Positions 40,145 through 48,338 of a stretch of 64,000 nucleotides of DNA are shown here, piece by piece. The position numbers and the translations under genes were made by a program. The DNA comes from a virus. Location: positions 64,001-128,000 of IMG/VR virus record IMGVR_UViG_3300030090_005562. One strand, given 5' to 3'. Position 1 is the stretch's first letter; every line of letters starts with the position of its first letter. Under the pieces are notes generated by a model. The model saw only the letters and a program-made list of their open reading frames with translations, was not told where the DNA came from and made no database searches.

Positions 40145-40463
40145 GGCGTGCCAAAAGTGAAAATTCTGTCCGAGAATCGTGCCAAAAAGGCGAAAATCAT
40201 GCCAAAAAAAATAAATGGGCAAAAACCACTGGGGCATAATGCCACGGCGGGGCACAATGCCACACCCCCCATGGGGCAAAATGCCACACTATCTGTGATT
40301 GTAAATCGTTGCGAGATATTGACTTATAATGTGGGGCAAAACGCCCCAAACGCACTGTGGCAAAACGCCACGGTTGAAAATTGCGATGGGGCAAAATGCC
40401 ACATGCCAAAAATCAGAGGAAAAGAATTGGCACGCTGTAACTTGTTTGATAGTAATGACTTAG
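40145..40463. repeat. Symmetric cluster: six GKGGCA-N3-YGCCMC palindromes, two solo 27-bp boxes and inverted TTGGCACG motifs
   Basis: Palindromes at 40231, 40249, 40273, 40333, 40357 and 40388; solo boxes at 40301-40327 and 40437-40463. Confidence 0.85.
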
Positions 40464-40571
40464 AGAAATATGTCTTTTTTTTTATTTTATTTCCTATTTG
40501 GTACGATATATGCACTATATAGAAGTAACAAGAGAGAAAAACAACAATAACAATTTTAAGAGGTTTTTATT

Positions 40572-40739
40572 ATGGATTATGATAATGGTATTTTTTGCAC
40601 AGTTCCCTGCGATAGAGTCGAAGGTGCTGTGTGGGTAGTCCGAAAATCGGACGGTGAAAAAATCACCTTTTGCCGTGGATATGATGACGTCATGTTCACG
40701 GTGGGTGAGCTGATGAAACAGCGGATTGCCGCCCTTTAG
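40572..40739 (+). CDS. Small early protein, MDxDNGIF family (55 aa, not in the ORF track)
   Basis: Own translation MDYDNGIFCTVPCDRVEGAVWVVRKSDGEKITFCRGYDDVMFTVGELMKQRIAAL. Confidence 0.7.
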   Translation: MDYDNGIFCTVPCDRVEGAVWVVRKSDGEKITFCRGYDDVMFTVGELMKQRIAAL

Positions 40740-40986
40740 GGTTTAACCCGTAAGCCTACCCCTAGTCGGTAGCAAAGCTGGAGAGCTTTTCAAGATACTC
40801 AGAGGGACTTCCCCCCCTCTTAAAAGATTGGTGGGTGAAGCGGTTTAGCTTGCTACCGTATAAAAGGCAAGTCAGCACGCTGCTGCTGGGCTGGAGAGGC
40901 GAAAGCCGTTGACCCTTAAATAAGCAATAAAGCAGCAAAAACATTTGACAGAGTTTTGTTTGTTTGGTAAAATGAGGTTTATGATT

Positions 40987-41229
40987 ATGAGTCAGCAAGA
41001 ATTCACCGATGCAGTCGCCCGCGTTCCCGCCCTTTGGGGTCGTAAAGTTGTGAGCGTTTTGGAAGTGACCGATGGTATGGCATCGGTTCGCGTGTCCGGT
41101 AATGTTCACGGCTTCTGGGTTCCTGTGGAGAAGTTGGAGCGTGTCGGTCACAAGCCTGCAAAGCCGAAACTGTATTTCGATGGTGAGTCTTGGGGTACAC
41201 AACCAGTTAAACGTTCGGAGGTATTTTAA
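40987..41229 (+). CDS. Small early hypothetical protein
   Basis: Follows a TTGACA...TAAAAT promoter and GAGG RBS. Confidence 0.55.
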   Translation: MSQQEFTDAVARVPALWGRKVVSVLEVTDGMASVRVSGNVHGFWVPVEKLERVGHKPAKPKLYFDGESWGTQPVKRSEVF

Positions 41230-41691
41230 TGAGTTTCCCCGGTTTACAAGCAGAGGCAAATGGATTGGTTTGGTCTGATGAACTTGACCGCTGGGTACAT
41301 CCTGACGAATTTACTAATGAGAGTCTTGAAGAATTGGAGAACTTGCAAAATGGTTAAGACTATTGCAAAATGTTTGCTGTCGTTGTTTGGTTGGTGTGTT
41401 GTGATTATTGCGGCTTGGGGCGGTGGTACGTTGTTCGCCGCTTGGATGTTAAATTTTGGGAGGCCTCTCTAGTATGATTGAGTTACTCAAAGCCCTTGGG
41501 CTTGCTTTTTGTTTGGGTTGTGCGTTGGTAATCGGCCCGCTTGTTTTGCAGCTTCACGTTCAGCACCTTGAGCTTGAGCAGGCAAGACAGGCGGAAACTG
41601 TTCTTGGCTGGATTGAAAATGAGGCCAACGACACGAGGCTCTCCGAGTATCGGCCCGATTGAGTCGCAGCCAATGCGGCCGGATGCGGCGC

Positions 41692-41770
41692 GTAAACCTA
41701 TGTGTGGTAAGCACTTAGGAGGGCGCGGCCTGCCCGCTTGAGCGTAAACCCTTTGGTAGTAACGACTTAT
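41692..41770. repeat. 79-bp element, copy 5
   Basis: Box A 41692-41718, core GCGGCCTGCCCGC, box B 41744-41770. Confidence 0.9.
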
Positions 41771-41798
41771 AACTATTTTGATTATTTTTTATTTTTTA

Positions 41799-41839
41799 TA
41801 AAGAATTCTGTTGACATGGTCGATAATATATAGTAGAAT
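41799..41839 (+). promoter_or_regulatory. Composite sigma70 / sigma28-like promoter
   Basis: TAAAG-N15-GTCGATAA with TTGACA(41811)-N17-TAGAAT. Confidence 0.7.
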
Positions 41840-41969
41840 GGTTTTATTATGACAGTTAAGAAATTTTTGCTACGACTGCGATACACAAACAAAAAACCGC
41901 TTGACATTAGTGCGGCTCGATGGTATGCTATGGTCAAGCAATACAACAACAATAAAGAGGTTTTTGAAA

Positions 41970-42323
41970 ATGAGTGAGATAAAAAAATTGTGGCACTTCC
42001 GACAGAACAACAGCGGCGGCAAGTATACCGGACCCGCTTACAATATCGTTGTGGAAGGCGACACGATGGACGAAGCATGGGCCGAAGCTGAAAAGCTCGG
42101 AGCGACTAACATTGGTAGCTGCTCGTGCTGTGGCGACCGCTGGAATGATGCCAATGAAATTAAGAGTAGGGACTATATCATTTATCTGGATATGGCAATC
42201 GAAGACAGCACTTATACAAGCCAGACGGGTGGAAAGTTTCCGCTGGTTCTCGGTTGTCCTGAGTGGCGGCGGCTTGAATTTCGTGTCTCTATGGATTATG
42301 AGAATTTTGTAAAAAACGCTTGA
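41970..42323 (+). CDS. Conserved phage hypothetical protein (FxQNNSGG, CxCCGxRW motifs)
   Basis: Motifs recurrent in small phage proteins; GAGG RBS. Confidence 0.65.
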   Translation: MSEIKKLWHFRQNNSGGKYTGPAYNIVVEGDTMDEAWAEAEKLGATNIGSCSCCGDRWNDANEIKSRDYIIYLDMAIEDSTYTSQTGGKFPLVLGCPEWRRLEFRVSMDYENFVKNA

Positions 42324-42382
42324 CACGGTTTTTTTATCTGGTAAAATATACGAGTAACAACAAACAACAGCAGAGGAAACAA

Positions 42383-42664
42383 ATGATTACAATCGACGCA
42401 AACGAACGATTCACGCCAGTTGAACAGTGCCGTATGTTTAATGTGGATATGTCTGAATTGATGGACCCGAAAGATATTCGGGGAAACAATAAATTTCTGA
42501 TTCGATGCAAGGCACACAATGATGCGGCTAAAAAAGACCCCGCAAGTGTAGCTTGTAAGGTCGACCCTAAAACGCATGAAATAATCAGTGGCACGCCCGA
42601 ACGTATTGCAAACCTCAATGCTCACATGGAGCGAATTCAAAAGGAGATGGAAACGAATGGCTAA
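42383..42664 (+). CDS. Hypothetical protein
   Basis: GAGGA RBS and own promoter. Confidence 0.55.
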   Translation: MITIDANERFTPVEQCRMFNVDMSELMDPKDIRGNNKFLIRCKAHNDAAKKDPASVACKVDPKTHEIISGTPERIANLNAHMERIQKEMETNG

Positions 42665-43368
42665 AAAAGAATTTAGCATCTGCACGTTGGAAAGTGGAAA
42701 GTGGAAACAGTGGGGAGCGGGTGAGACCAATATTCAGAACCGCTCTGAGTTGGTCAAGCATGTTCAAAAGGTAGCGGTCAAGGCAAACGGTTGTGTTCGA
42801 GTCAGGAGAAAATCATAACATGGAAAACACGGTTGTAGCGTTTGACATTTTCAAACAACTCGAAGGGTCTTGGATGGGAACCATCCGGCTCAAAAATATC
42901 TCGATGAGTAAAATCTCACAGATACATTCTGACCTTGAGCGTCGAGGTGAGAGGGTGCCGAATTATTTAATGAAAGCAGAAGGTCATGACGTTGTGTTGA
43001 CTCTTGACGTTTGCCGAACGTGTAAAGGAACAGGAAAAACAAATGCCAACTAAAAAATATATGATTAAAGAGGAGCGACATTATCGCAGGCCGTTGGTCG
43101 CTCGTCTGGTAGAATATGCCCTCTGTGCTTATCTGTTTTGTGCTGCTGTTGGTGGTACGGTAGTCGGTGGGCTGTGGGCGTTTGGCTATCTGGAAATGTG
43201 GATGCCGCCAACGTTTTGATTGAGGGGAAAAATGAAATTTGATTTGATTTTTTTAGCTGTTGCGTTGCCATTTAACTTTTTTGTTTTTTGGTCAACACCC
43301 TTGACGGCTTTAATTGTTTTTGCTACAATGTTGTTATTACGATATGTTTCACCAGTGGGAGAATGAGA

Positions 43369-43461
43369 ATGGACCCGTACGATTACGATGAACTGTATTT
43401 TGATGACGGTCATTATGATGATGACCCGAACCCGTATCACGGGGACTACTCCGAGGAGTAG
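43369..43461 (+). CDS. 30-aa highly acidic peptide
   Basis: Own translation MDPYDYDELYFDDGHYDDDPNPYHGDYSEE; GGGAGA RBS. Confidence 0.55.
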   Translation: MDPYDYDELYFDDGHYDDDPNPYHGDYSEE

Positions 43462-43572
43462 GCTAGAAGCCGGGCCGATTCCCCTCTGCCCGGTGGATAC
43501 ATAAAGCGGTCCCAGTCAAAGCCTCCTAGCTGGAAGGGCTCGACGGTAAGGCTTACCGTGCCGCTATCTTTC

Positions 43573-43651
43573 ATAACCCGTTGGTGTATATAGACTTACG
43601 CCCTGGCGGGCTGCCCGCTGCTCCGTAACCCCTTTGATATTACACACTTAC
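43573..43651. repeat. 79-bp element, copy 6
   Basis: Box A 43573-43599, core GCGGGCTGCCCGC, box B 43625-43651. Confidence 0.88.
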
Positions 43652-43729
43652 ATAGTGTATTACCTAAGCCTACCGGCTAGGGCAGGGCAAAAGCTGCGAG
43701 GCCGTGGCCAGGGAAATTTTGAGATTTTC

Positions 43730-43769
43730 TAAAGTTTTTCTTTGACAATGACGATAAATATAGTATACT
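43730..43769 (+). promoter_or_regulatory. Composite sigma70 / sigma28-like promoter
   Basis: TAAAG-N15-GACGATAA with TTGACA(43742)-N16-TATACT. Confidence 0.7.
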
Positions 43770-43775
43770 TAAATC

Positions 43776-43955
43776 ATGAAACGAAAAAACAAAAAACAGT
43801 CTGATAAGATTCTGATACGGAAAGAGGATATAAAACCCTCGACCGGTCATAGTCAGCACGACAGTGGTAGCGGGTATCACGATGGGCGACCGAAACGACA
43901 ACGAACTCGGGCCGCACAAAACCGTCAAGCATTAAAGGATTACGATGTACGATAA
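43776..43955 (+). CDS. Small basic protein (59 aa), probably leaderless
   Basis: Own translation MKRKNKKQ...GHSQHDSGSGYHDGRPKRQRTR...; ATG about 6 bp after the -10 box. Confidence 0.55.
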   Translation: MKRKNKKQSDKILIRKEDIKPSTGHSQHDSGSGYHDGRPKRQRTRAAQNRQALKDYDVR

Positions 43956-44184
43956 AAAAACTTATTTTATTGTGTCTTGCCGTTGTGGTGACAAGCTAAA
44001 TAGAGTGAAGTGGTTCAAAAATATATTCGACGCCACTGCTTGGATTGATGGATTAGAGTGGGCAGTTGGATTTGATGTAGATGTGTCGGTTACTATTGAC
44101 AAACGGGAAATGCCTGTTAAACTTGATAGTACCCGTCAAATGAGTTTGTTTCCTGTTTTTAATGAAGGAGAGTTGAGTAAATGA
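43945..44184 (+). CDS. Hypothetical protein
   Basis: Overlap-coupled ORF. Confidence 0.5.
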   Translation: MYDKKTYFIVSCRCGDKLNRVKWFKNIFDATAWIDGLEWAVGFDVDVSVTIDKREMPVKLDSTRQMSLFPVFNEGELSK

Positions 44185-44516
44185 TTTTTACACGTAAAAA
44201 ATCGTTGGCCGAGTGTGCCGCTGGTGATGTTGTTGGTTTTTCTTACGGTAATAAGAATACCAGTCAGGGGCTTCCCCGCCGTCAGGGTACGGTTGTGGAA
44301 GTGCGGGATACTCACAAGCACCCGATTGCATCGTCTACTAAGGCGAGCAATAAAATTCAGCGTAGCCGGTTTTTGGTTACGGTGGAAGATGGGCCGGAAC
44401 AATATCGGCAGTTTTACGCCGAGGATATTGCAGGTCGTGCGGTTCAGTTTACTTGGTTGGGTAAGATTCTCAACAACTGGACCCGTAAGGTCGGCATTTC
44501 CGGTTCGTGGTTGTAG
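44181..44516 (+). CDS. Hypothetical protein (SH3-like beta fold possible)
   Basis: AAGGAG RBS; GDVVGFSY....RQGTVVEV resembles the N-terminus of 53408..54088 (GNVISFVYY...RYAEVLEV). Confidence 0.55.
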   Translation: MIFTRKKSLAECAAGDVVGFSYGNKNTSQGLPRRQGTVVEVRDTHKHPIASSTKASNKIQRSRFLVTVEDGPEQYRQFYAEDIAGRAVQFTWLGKILNNWTRKVGISGSWL

Positions 44517-44687
44517 GGTATCCGTTAGTCTAGAGCAGACGAGACCATGCCTGCGTGGCGTATAGAGAAGCGTCCGCACCAATATTGTACTTTCACACCG
44601 GCGGTAGGGGATTCCCCGATGCGGTTTCCCCTGCCGTCAAACGTGAAAAGAGTTGACAACAACAAAAAAAGGTGTAGAATAGAGACC

Positions 44688-44900
44688 ATGAAACCACGAA
44701 CACAAAGTTTTTACGTTGAAGCAGATATTGCCAATGATACTGGATATGTTCGCGGTATATTTATTGCGGTCAATCGCTGCTTGCCTAAACCGTACGGATG
44801 CGGTGGAGAAGCGACCGAGTTTAATAATGAGCCTAGCGAGCGTGAATACGCTATGAGTGGGCTATGTCAAAAATGTCAAGATAAATTTTTTGGAGAATAA
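44688..44900 (+). CDS. Small zinc-binding phage protein (REYxxSGLCQxCQD)
   Basis: Cys motif; follows TTGACA-N17-TAGAAT. Confidence 0.6.
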   Translation: MKPRTQSFYVEADIANDTGYVRGIFIAVNRCLPKPYGCGGEATEFNNEPSEREYAMSGLCQKCQDKFFGE

Positions 44901-44901
44901 G

Positions 44902-45051
44902 ATGCAATTGATTTCTATCGGTGGGAAGATTACTATCAAGGGTAAAGAGGCTCGCGTAACTAATATTACGCAAACCCATGTGCATGCTGTGGACGCAAAC
45001 GGCAAAACCCACAAGGTAACGCTCAAGGAAGCGGAAACCCTTGTAGGGTAA
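44902..45051 (+). CDS. Small hypothetical protein; stop inside repeat copy 7
   Basis: GGAGA RBS; ends ETLVG* within box A. Confidence 0.55.
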   Translation: MQLISIGGKITIKGKEARVTNITQTHVHAVDANGKTHKVTLKEAETLVG

Positions 45052-45111
45052 CGACTTAGGGCGAGGCGGGCCGCCCGCCGCATCGTAACCCCTTGCCACA
45101 CAACGACTTAC
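45033..45111. repeat. 79-bp element, copy 7
   Basis: Box A 45033-45059, core GCGGGCCGCCCGC, box B 45085-45111. Confidence 0.9.
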
Positions 45112-45139
45112 AGCAATTAAGTTTTTTTTTCTTTTTTTC

Positions 45140-45179
45140 TCAAGCTGACCCCTTGACAATGCCGATATATAGTTATAAT
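45140..45179 (+). promoter_or_regulatory. Composite sigma70 / sigma28-like promoter
   Basis: TCAAG-N16-GCCGATAT with TTGACA(45153)-N15-TATAAT. Confidence 0.7.
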
Positions 45180-45211
45180 AGGGGAAACAACAAACAACAA
45201 GAGGTGAGAAA

Positions 45212-46003
45212 ATGGAACAAATTATTTACGATGGTCCGCTAGTTTTTGGCAAAGCAAACGCCAAGCTCAAAGCCCTAGAGAAAATTCACGGCAAGCTGTC
45301 AACGTTTTCTGTATTGTCTGGGCATACTTGCCCCTATGCTAAAGAGTGTCACAGTAAGGCGGTAGTCGTGGATGGTAAGCGTAGGATTCAGGACGGCGAA
45401 CACACAAAGTTTCGTTGTTTTTCTGCATCGCAAGAGGTGCAGTATGATGGTGTGTATCGTAGTCGTGCGGGAAACACTCAAATAATTACGGCAGCGGCAA
45501 GAGATTGCAACGGGTCTGCTATTGCAATTAGTCGAGCGATTCCAAAGAATACAAAAATTGTACGGATTCATGTGGGCGGCGATTTCAAAACGCAAGCCTA
45601 TTTTGATTGCTGGATGAAAGTCGCAGAGACAAACCCAGACATTCATTTTTACGCATACACAAAGAGTCTGCCGTTTTGGGTAGCACGCATGGAAGAATTA
45701 AAATCAATTCCGAATTTTGTTTTGACTGCAAGCCGTGGAGGTTTTCAGGACAAACTTATTAAGCAGCACAATTTGCGGGAAGCGGTTGTGGTTTATTCTG
45801 AAGAACAAGCAGAGGAACTGGGTCTAGAGATAGACCATGATGATAGTCACGCTGCAAACCGTGGCGGCAATTTTGCTTTGCTTATTCATGGCACACAGCC
45901 GAAGGGAAGCGAAGCAGGCGAAGCATTGAAGCAACTCAAACGTAAAGGTTGGACAGGTTATAGTGACAAAGGGAGAAAACAAAATGTCAAAGCTAAAGCG
46001 TAA
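45212..46003 (+). CDS. GP88-like phage protein (Cys-rich, radical-SAM-like)
   Basis: GHTCPYAKEC...RCF, VRIHVGGDF, FYAYTK. Confidence 0.7.
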   Translation: MEQIIYDGPLVFGKANAKLKALEKIHGKLSTFSVLSGHTCPYAKECHSKAVVVDGKRRIQDGEHTKFRCFSASQEVQYDGVYRSRAGNTQIITAAARDCNGSAIAISRAIPKNTKIVRIHVGGDFKTQAYFDCWMKVAETNPDIHFYAYTKSLPFWVARMEELKSIPNFVLTASRGGFQDKLIKQHNLREAVVVYSEEQAEELGLEIDHDDSHAANRGGNFALLIHGTQPKGSEAGEALKQLKRKGWTGYSDKGRKQNVKAKA

Positions 46004-46217
46004 GCAATACTGCTGGGCGATGGACCCGCACGCAGAGGGCTATTGTTGTGTGTTTGTCTATATTAGACGGAACGAGAAGGACACGAACGACGAAGAGGTA
46101 CGGCTAGAATTTGATAACCCGAACGCTTCGATATCGTTCCACAAACTGCTAATCGAGGCCGGTTATAAATTCAAGCAGGTTAAAATTGTGACCACCCCCG
46201 AATGGGTGAAGTATTAA
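45984..46217 (+). CDS. Hypothetical protein
   Basis: GGGAGA RBS. Confidence 0.55.
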   Translation: MSKLKRKQYCWAMDPHAEGYCCVFVYIRRNEKDTNDEEVRLEFDNPNASISFHKLLIEAGYKFKQVKIVTTPEWVKY

Positions 46218-46247
46218 AAATTCTCCTTGTTGTTGTTGTTTGTTGCC

Positions 46248-46326
46248 CTAACCCCTTTGTGCGTAAGCACTTAGGGGCTAGCGGCCCGCCCGCCGCGCCG
46301 TAAACCCTTGCCCTGTAACGACTTAC
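46248..46326. repeat. 79-bp element, copy 8
   Basis: Box A 46248-46274, core GCGGCCCGCCCGC, box B 46300-46326. Confidence 0.9.
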
Positions 46327-46364
46327 GACGACTCTTTATTTTGTGAAAAAAAAATTTATTTCTC

Positions 46365-46405
46365 TAAAGAAAACCCCCTTGACAGGACGATATATTAAGT
46401 ATAAT
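46365..46405 (+). promoter_or_regulatory. Composite sigma70 / sigma28-like promoter
   Basis: TAAAG-N16-GACGATAT with TTGACA(46379)-N15-TATAAT. Confidence 0.7.
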
Positions 46406-46451
46406 AAGAGCATGTTAGTTGGTTATGTAAGTTTTTTAGGAGAATGTGTTT

Positions 46452-47690
46452 ATGAGTGAACAACTTGGAAACGGTGTTAAGGTTGGCGAAGCTGGTTCGC
46501 ACTTTACAGACAGTCAAGCGAAGGCGAAAGACTTTCGCAACGTGTCTAGTATCTGGGCGAGCAAGTGCATCTCTTTCGATGAAGGTCTGGAAAAGCTCAG
46601 CAACGAGCAGTCTGTTATCGAGGATTTTCGTGAGCCTCTTTCCGCGTTCGATACCGTTGTAACTGACAAGGGCAAGTTTGCAATTCGCAAGAAGTCTACC
46701 GGCAAGGATTATATTCCTACGCCGCACGCCCTACGTCAAATGGCGGTAGCAGGTCAAACGTCTGCGTGGATGTTCGAGGATTTGTGTACCGATAAAGTCG
46801 GCACCAAAAAGGGTGAGGAATTCAAGTATCGACGCGATTCGTCAGATGCGGGATTGCTCAAGCGTATCGTTGACCATACTCTATTCAATGGCAATCGGTT
46901 CGACCAAGACAAAACCCGTTTGTTCCGCACTTGGAAAAATGGTAGTCTGCGTGCTGTTCTGTCTGATAAGTATGCAATCGTGAATAATGAGTGGTATCTT
47001 GAACTGCTCAAAAAGTTGGTTCCAGGCGGTCTGTTGTCCCACTGGCGTGGCGATGCTGACTCCCTCTATGGTAACATTCTGATTCCCGATAGTATCCGAC
47101 AGGAAACTGATTCGGCCTATGGTGCGATGTTGAGCGTGGGCAATAGCGAAATCGGTATGCGGCGAATCTCGAACCTGCCGTCTGTCTTTCGAGCAATCTG
47201 CATGAATGGTTGCATCTGGGAGCAAGAGTCTGGCAAGAATGTTCGTCAGGTTCACCGTGGGGAATTGAATCTTGACCAGTTGGAATATACTATCAAGACC
47301 AATATCCAGGCCCAAATTCCGCTGCTCAACAAGGGGATTGATACCCTGCTTGATACTCGCAGTCGGACGTTCGGTGATGTCTCGGTTGACCAGATGCTTG
47401 CCGCTACTGCAAAGCAGTACAAGGTAAGTCGTACCGATATGGTTGGAATCCGCAAAGGTTTCGACGTAGAGGTTGGAATTCTTGGGACCGATGCTCGTAG
47501 CTCGTTTGGTCTGATTAACGCAATCACCCGCCACAGTCAGAATTGTGAGCCTGATGCGTGGGTATCGTTTGACCAACTCGGCGGTCGTCTTTCGCAACAG
47601 AGTGAAAAACAGTGGGGGAATCTCAAAGCCCTCGGCAAAACTTTCACCGAAACGAAGGACGTTGAGAAGTTGATTGGGCTAAATGTCTAG
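46452..47690 (+). CDS. DUF932-like protein
   Basis: LRAVLSDKYAIVNN, SVGNSEIG, VFRAICMNG, FGLINAITR. Confidence 0.7.
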   Translation: MSEQLGNGVKVGEAGSHFTDSQAKAKDFRNVSSIWASKCISFDEGLEKLSNEQSVIEDFREPLSAFDTVVTDKGKFAIRKKSTGKDYIPTPHALRQMAVAGQTSAWMFEDLCTDKVGTKKGEEFKYRRDSSDAGLLKRIVDHTLFNGNRFDQDKTRLFRTWKNGSLRAVLSDKYAIVNNEWYLELLKKLVPGGLLSHWRGDADSLYGNILIPDSIRQETDSAYGAMLSVGNSEIGMRRISNLPSVFRAICMNGCIWEQESGKNVRQVHRGELNLDQLEYTIKTNIQAQIPLLNKGIDTLLDTRSRTFGDVSVDQMLAATAKQYKVSRTDMVGIRKGFDVEVGILGTDARSSFGLINAITRHSQNCEPDAWVSFDQLGGRLSQQSEKQWGNLKALGKTFTETKDVEKLIGLNV

Positions 47691-47719
47691 TCTCCATAGC
47701 GGGGATAATCTGCCCCGAA

Positions 47720-47757
47720 GGGGGTTGGGGAATTTTCCCCGCCCCCTACCTTTTTTA
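47720..47757 (+). terminator. Rho-independent terminator
   Basis: GGGGGTTGGGGAA/TTCCCCGCCCCC stem followed by a T-run. Confidence 0.65.
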
Positions 47758-47758
47758 T

Positions 47759-47792
47759 TAAAGTTGACAACGTTGGATTGTCGATGTATAAT
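47759..47792 (+). promoter_or_regulatory. Composite sigma70 / sigma28-like promoter
   Basis: TAAAG-N16-GTCGATG with TTGACA(47764)-N17-TATAAT. Confidence 0.65.
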
Positions 47793-47893
47793 AGGGGATT
47801 GGAGGCTATGCCTATGGAAGAAACTTTGTTATTGTTAATTGGTTTGACAGGTGTTATAGTTGGTTGTCTTGAATCTATTAGGGGAGATTTAAA

Positions 47894-48337
47894 ATGAGAA
47901 AAGTTTTCGTATATTACAATTTACACAAGCACAAATGGTCCGTAAAGGATGTAAAAACAGGGCGTGTAATTGGCCATCATTACGAAGTATCGCTCTATAA
48001 CGCCAAGTTCAAAGTAAGTGAGGCCGGAAGGGCTCGCGTTTTAAAAGAGAAGCGTAAAAACGTCCACGCGGGCGTTGAGGGCTATCTGACGAAGCATGCC
48101 CTGCCTCGAAAAATGGACGGCACGATTCTCTGGGAATCTCAATCGGAGCGGCACAAGGTAACGTATGACCCCTACAAGTACGATACCTTTGTGACCGTCT
48201 CTGATAAGGAGCCTATCCACAAAGCCTACTTTGTGAGAATGGTGGCCTATGGTACGAACTGGGACGGTAAGGGGCAGTATCATGCCCCAGATGTTACAGC
48301 GGTGGTGCCGGTGGTGAAGGGGCTGATAACTGCTTGA
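47894..48337 (+). CDS. Conserved phage hypothetical protein
   Basis: VFVYYNLHK..WSV, VSEAGRARVLKEKRKNVHAGV, VTYDPYK. Confidence 0.7.
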   Translation: MRKVFVYYNLHKHKWSVKDVKTGRVIGHHYEVSLYNAKFKVSEAGRARVLKEKRKNVHAGVEGYLTKHALPRKMDGTILWESQSERHKVTYDPYKYDTFVTVSDKEPIHKAYFVRMVAYGTNWDGKGQYHAPDVTAVVPVVKGLITA

Positions 48338-48338
48338 C

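Noticed and set aside
40145-40436. Functional sigma54 promoters
   Set aside because: TTGGCACG -24 elements are present but correctly spaced TTGC -12 elements are not.
40006-40522. ORFs over the repeat cluster (40006..40239, 40148..40522, 39950..40279, 40197..40409, 40324..40515)
   Set aside because: Their repetitive peptides (GQNAT etc.) are translations of DNA palindromes, with no RBS and open frames on both strands.
40888-40907. Hammerhead ribozyme
   Set aside because: CTGGAGA...GAAA resembles the core but lacks CUGANGA, and the GAAA is a tetraloop.
43582-43590. TGGTGTATA late motif inside repeat copy 6
   Set aside because: It falls largely in the variable centre of box A with no gene start nearby; probably chance.
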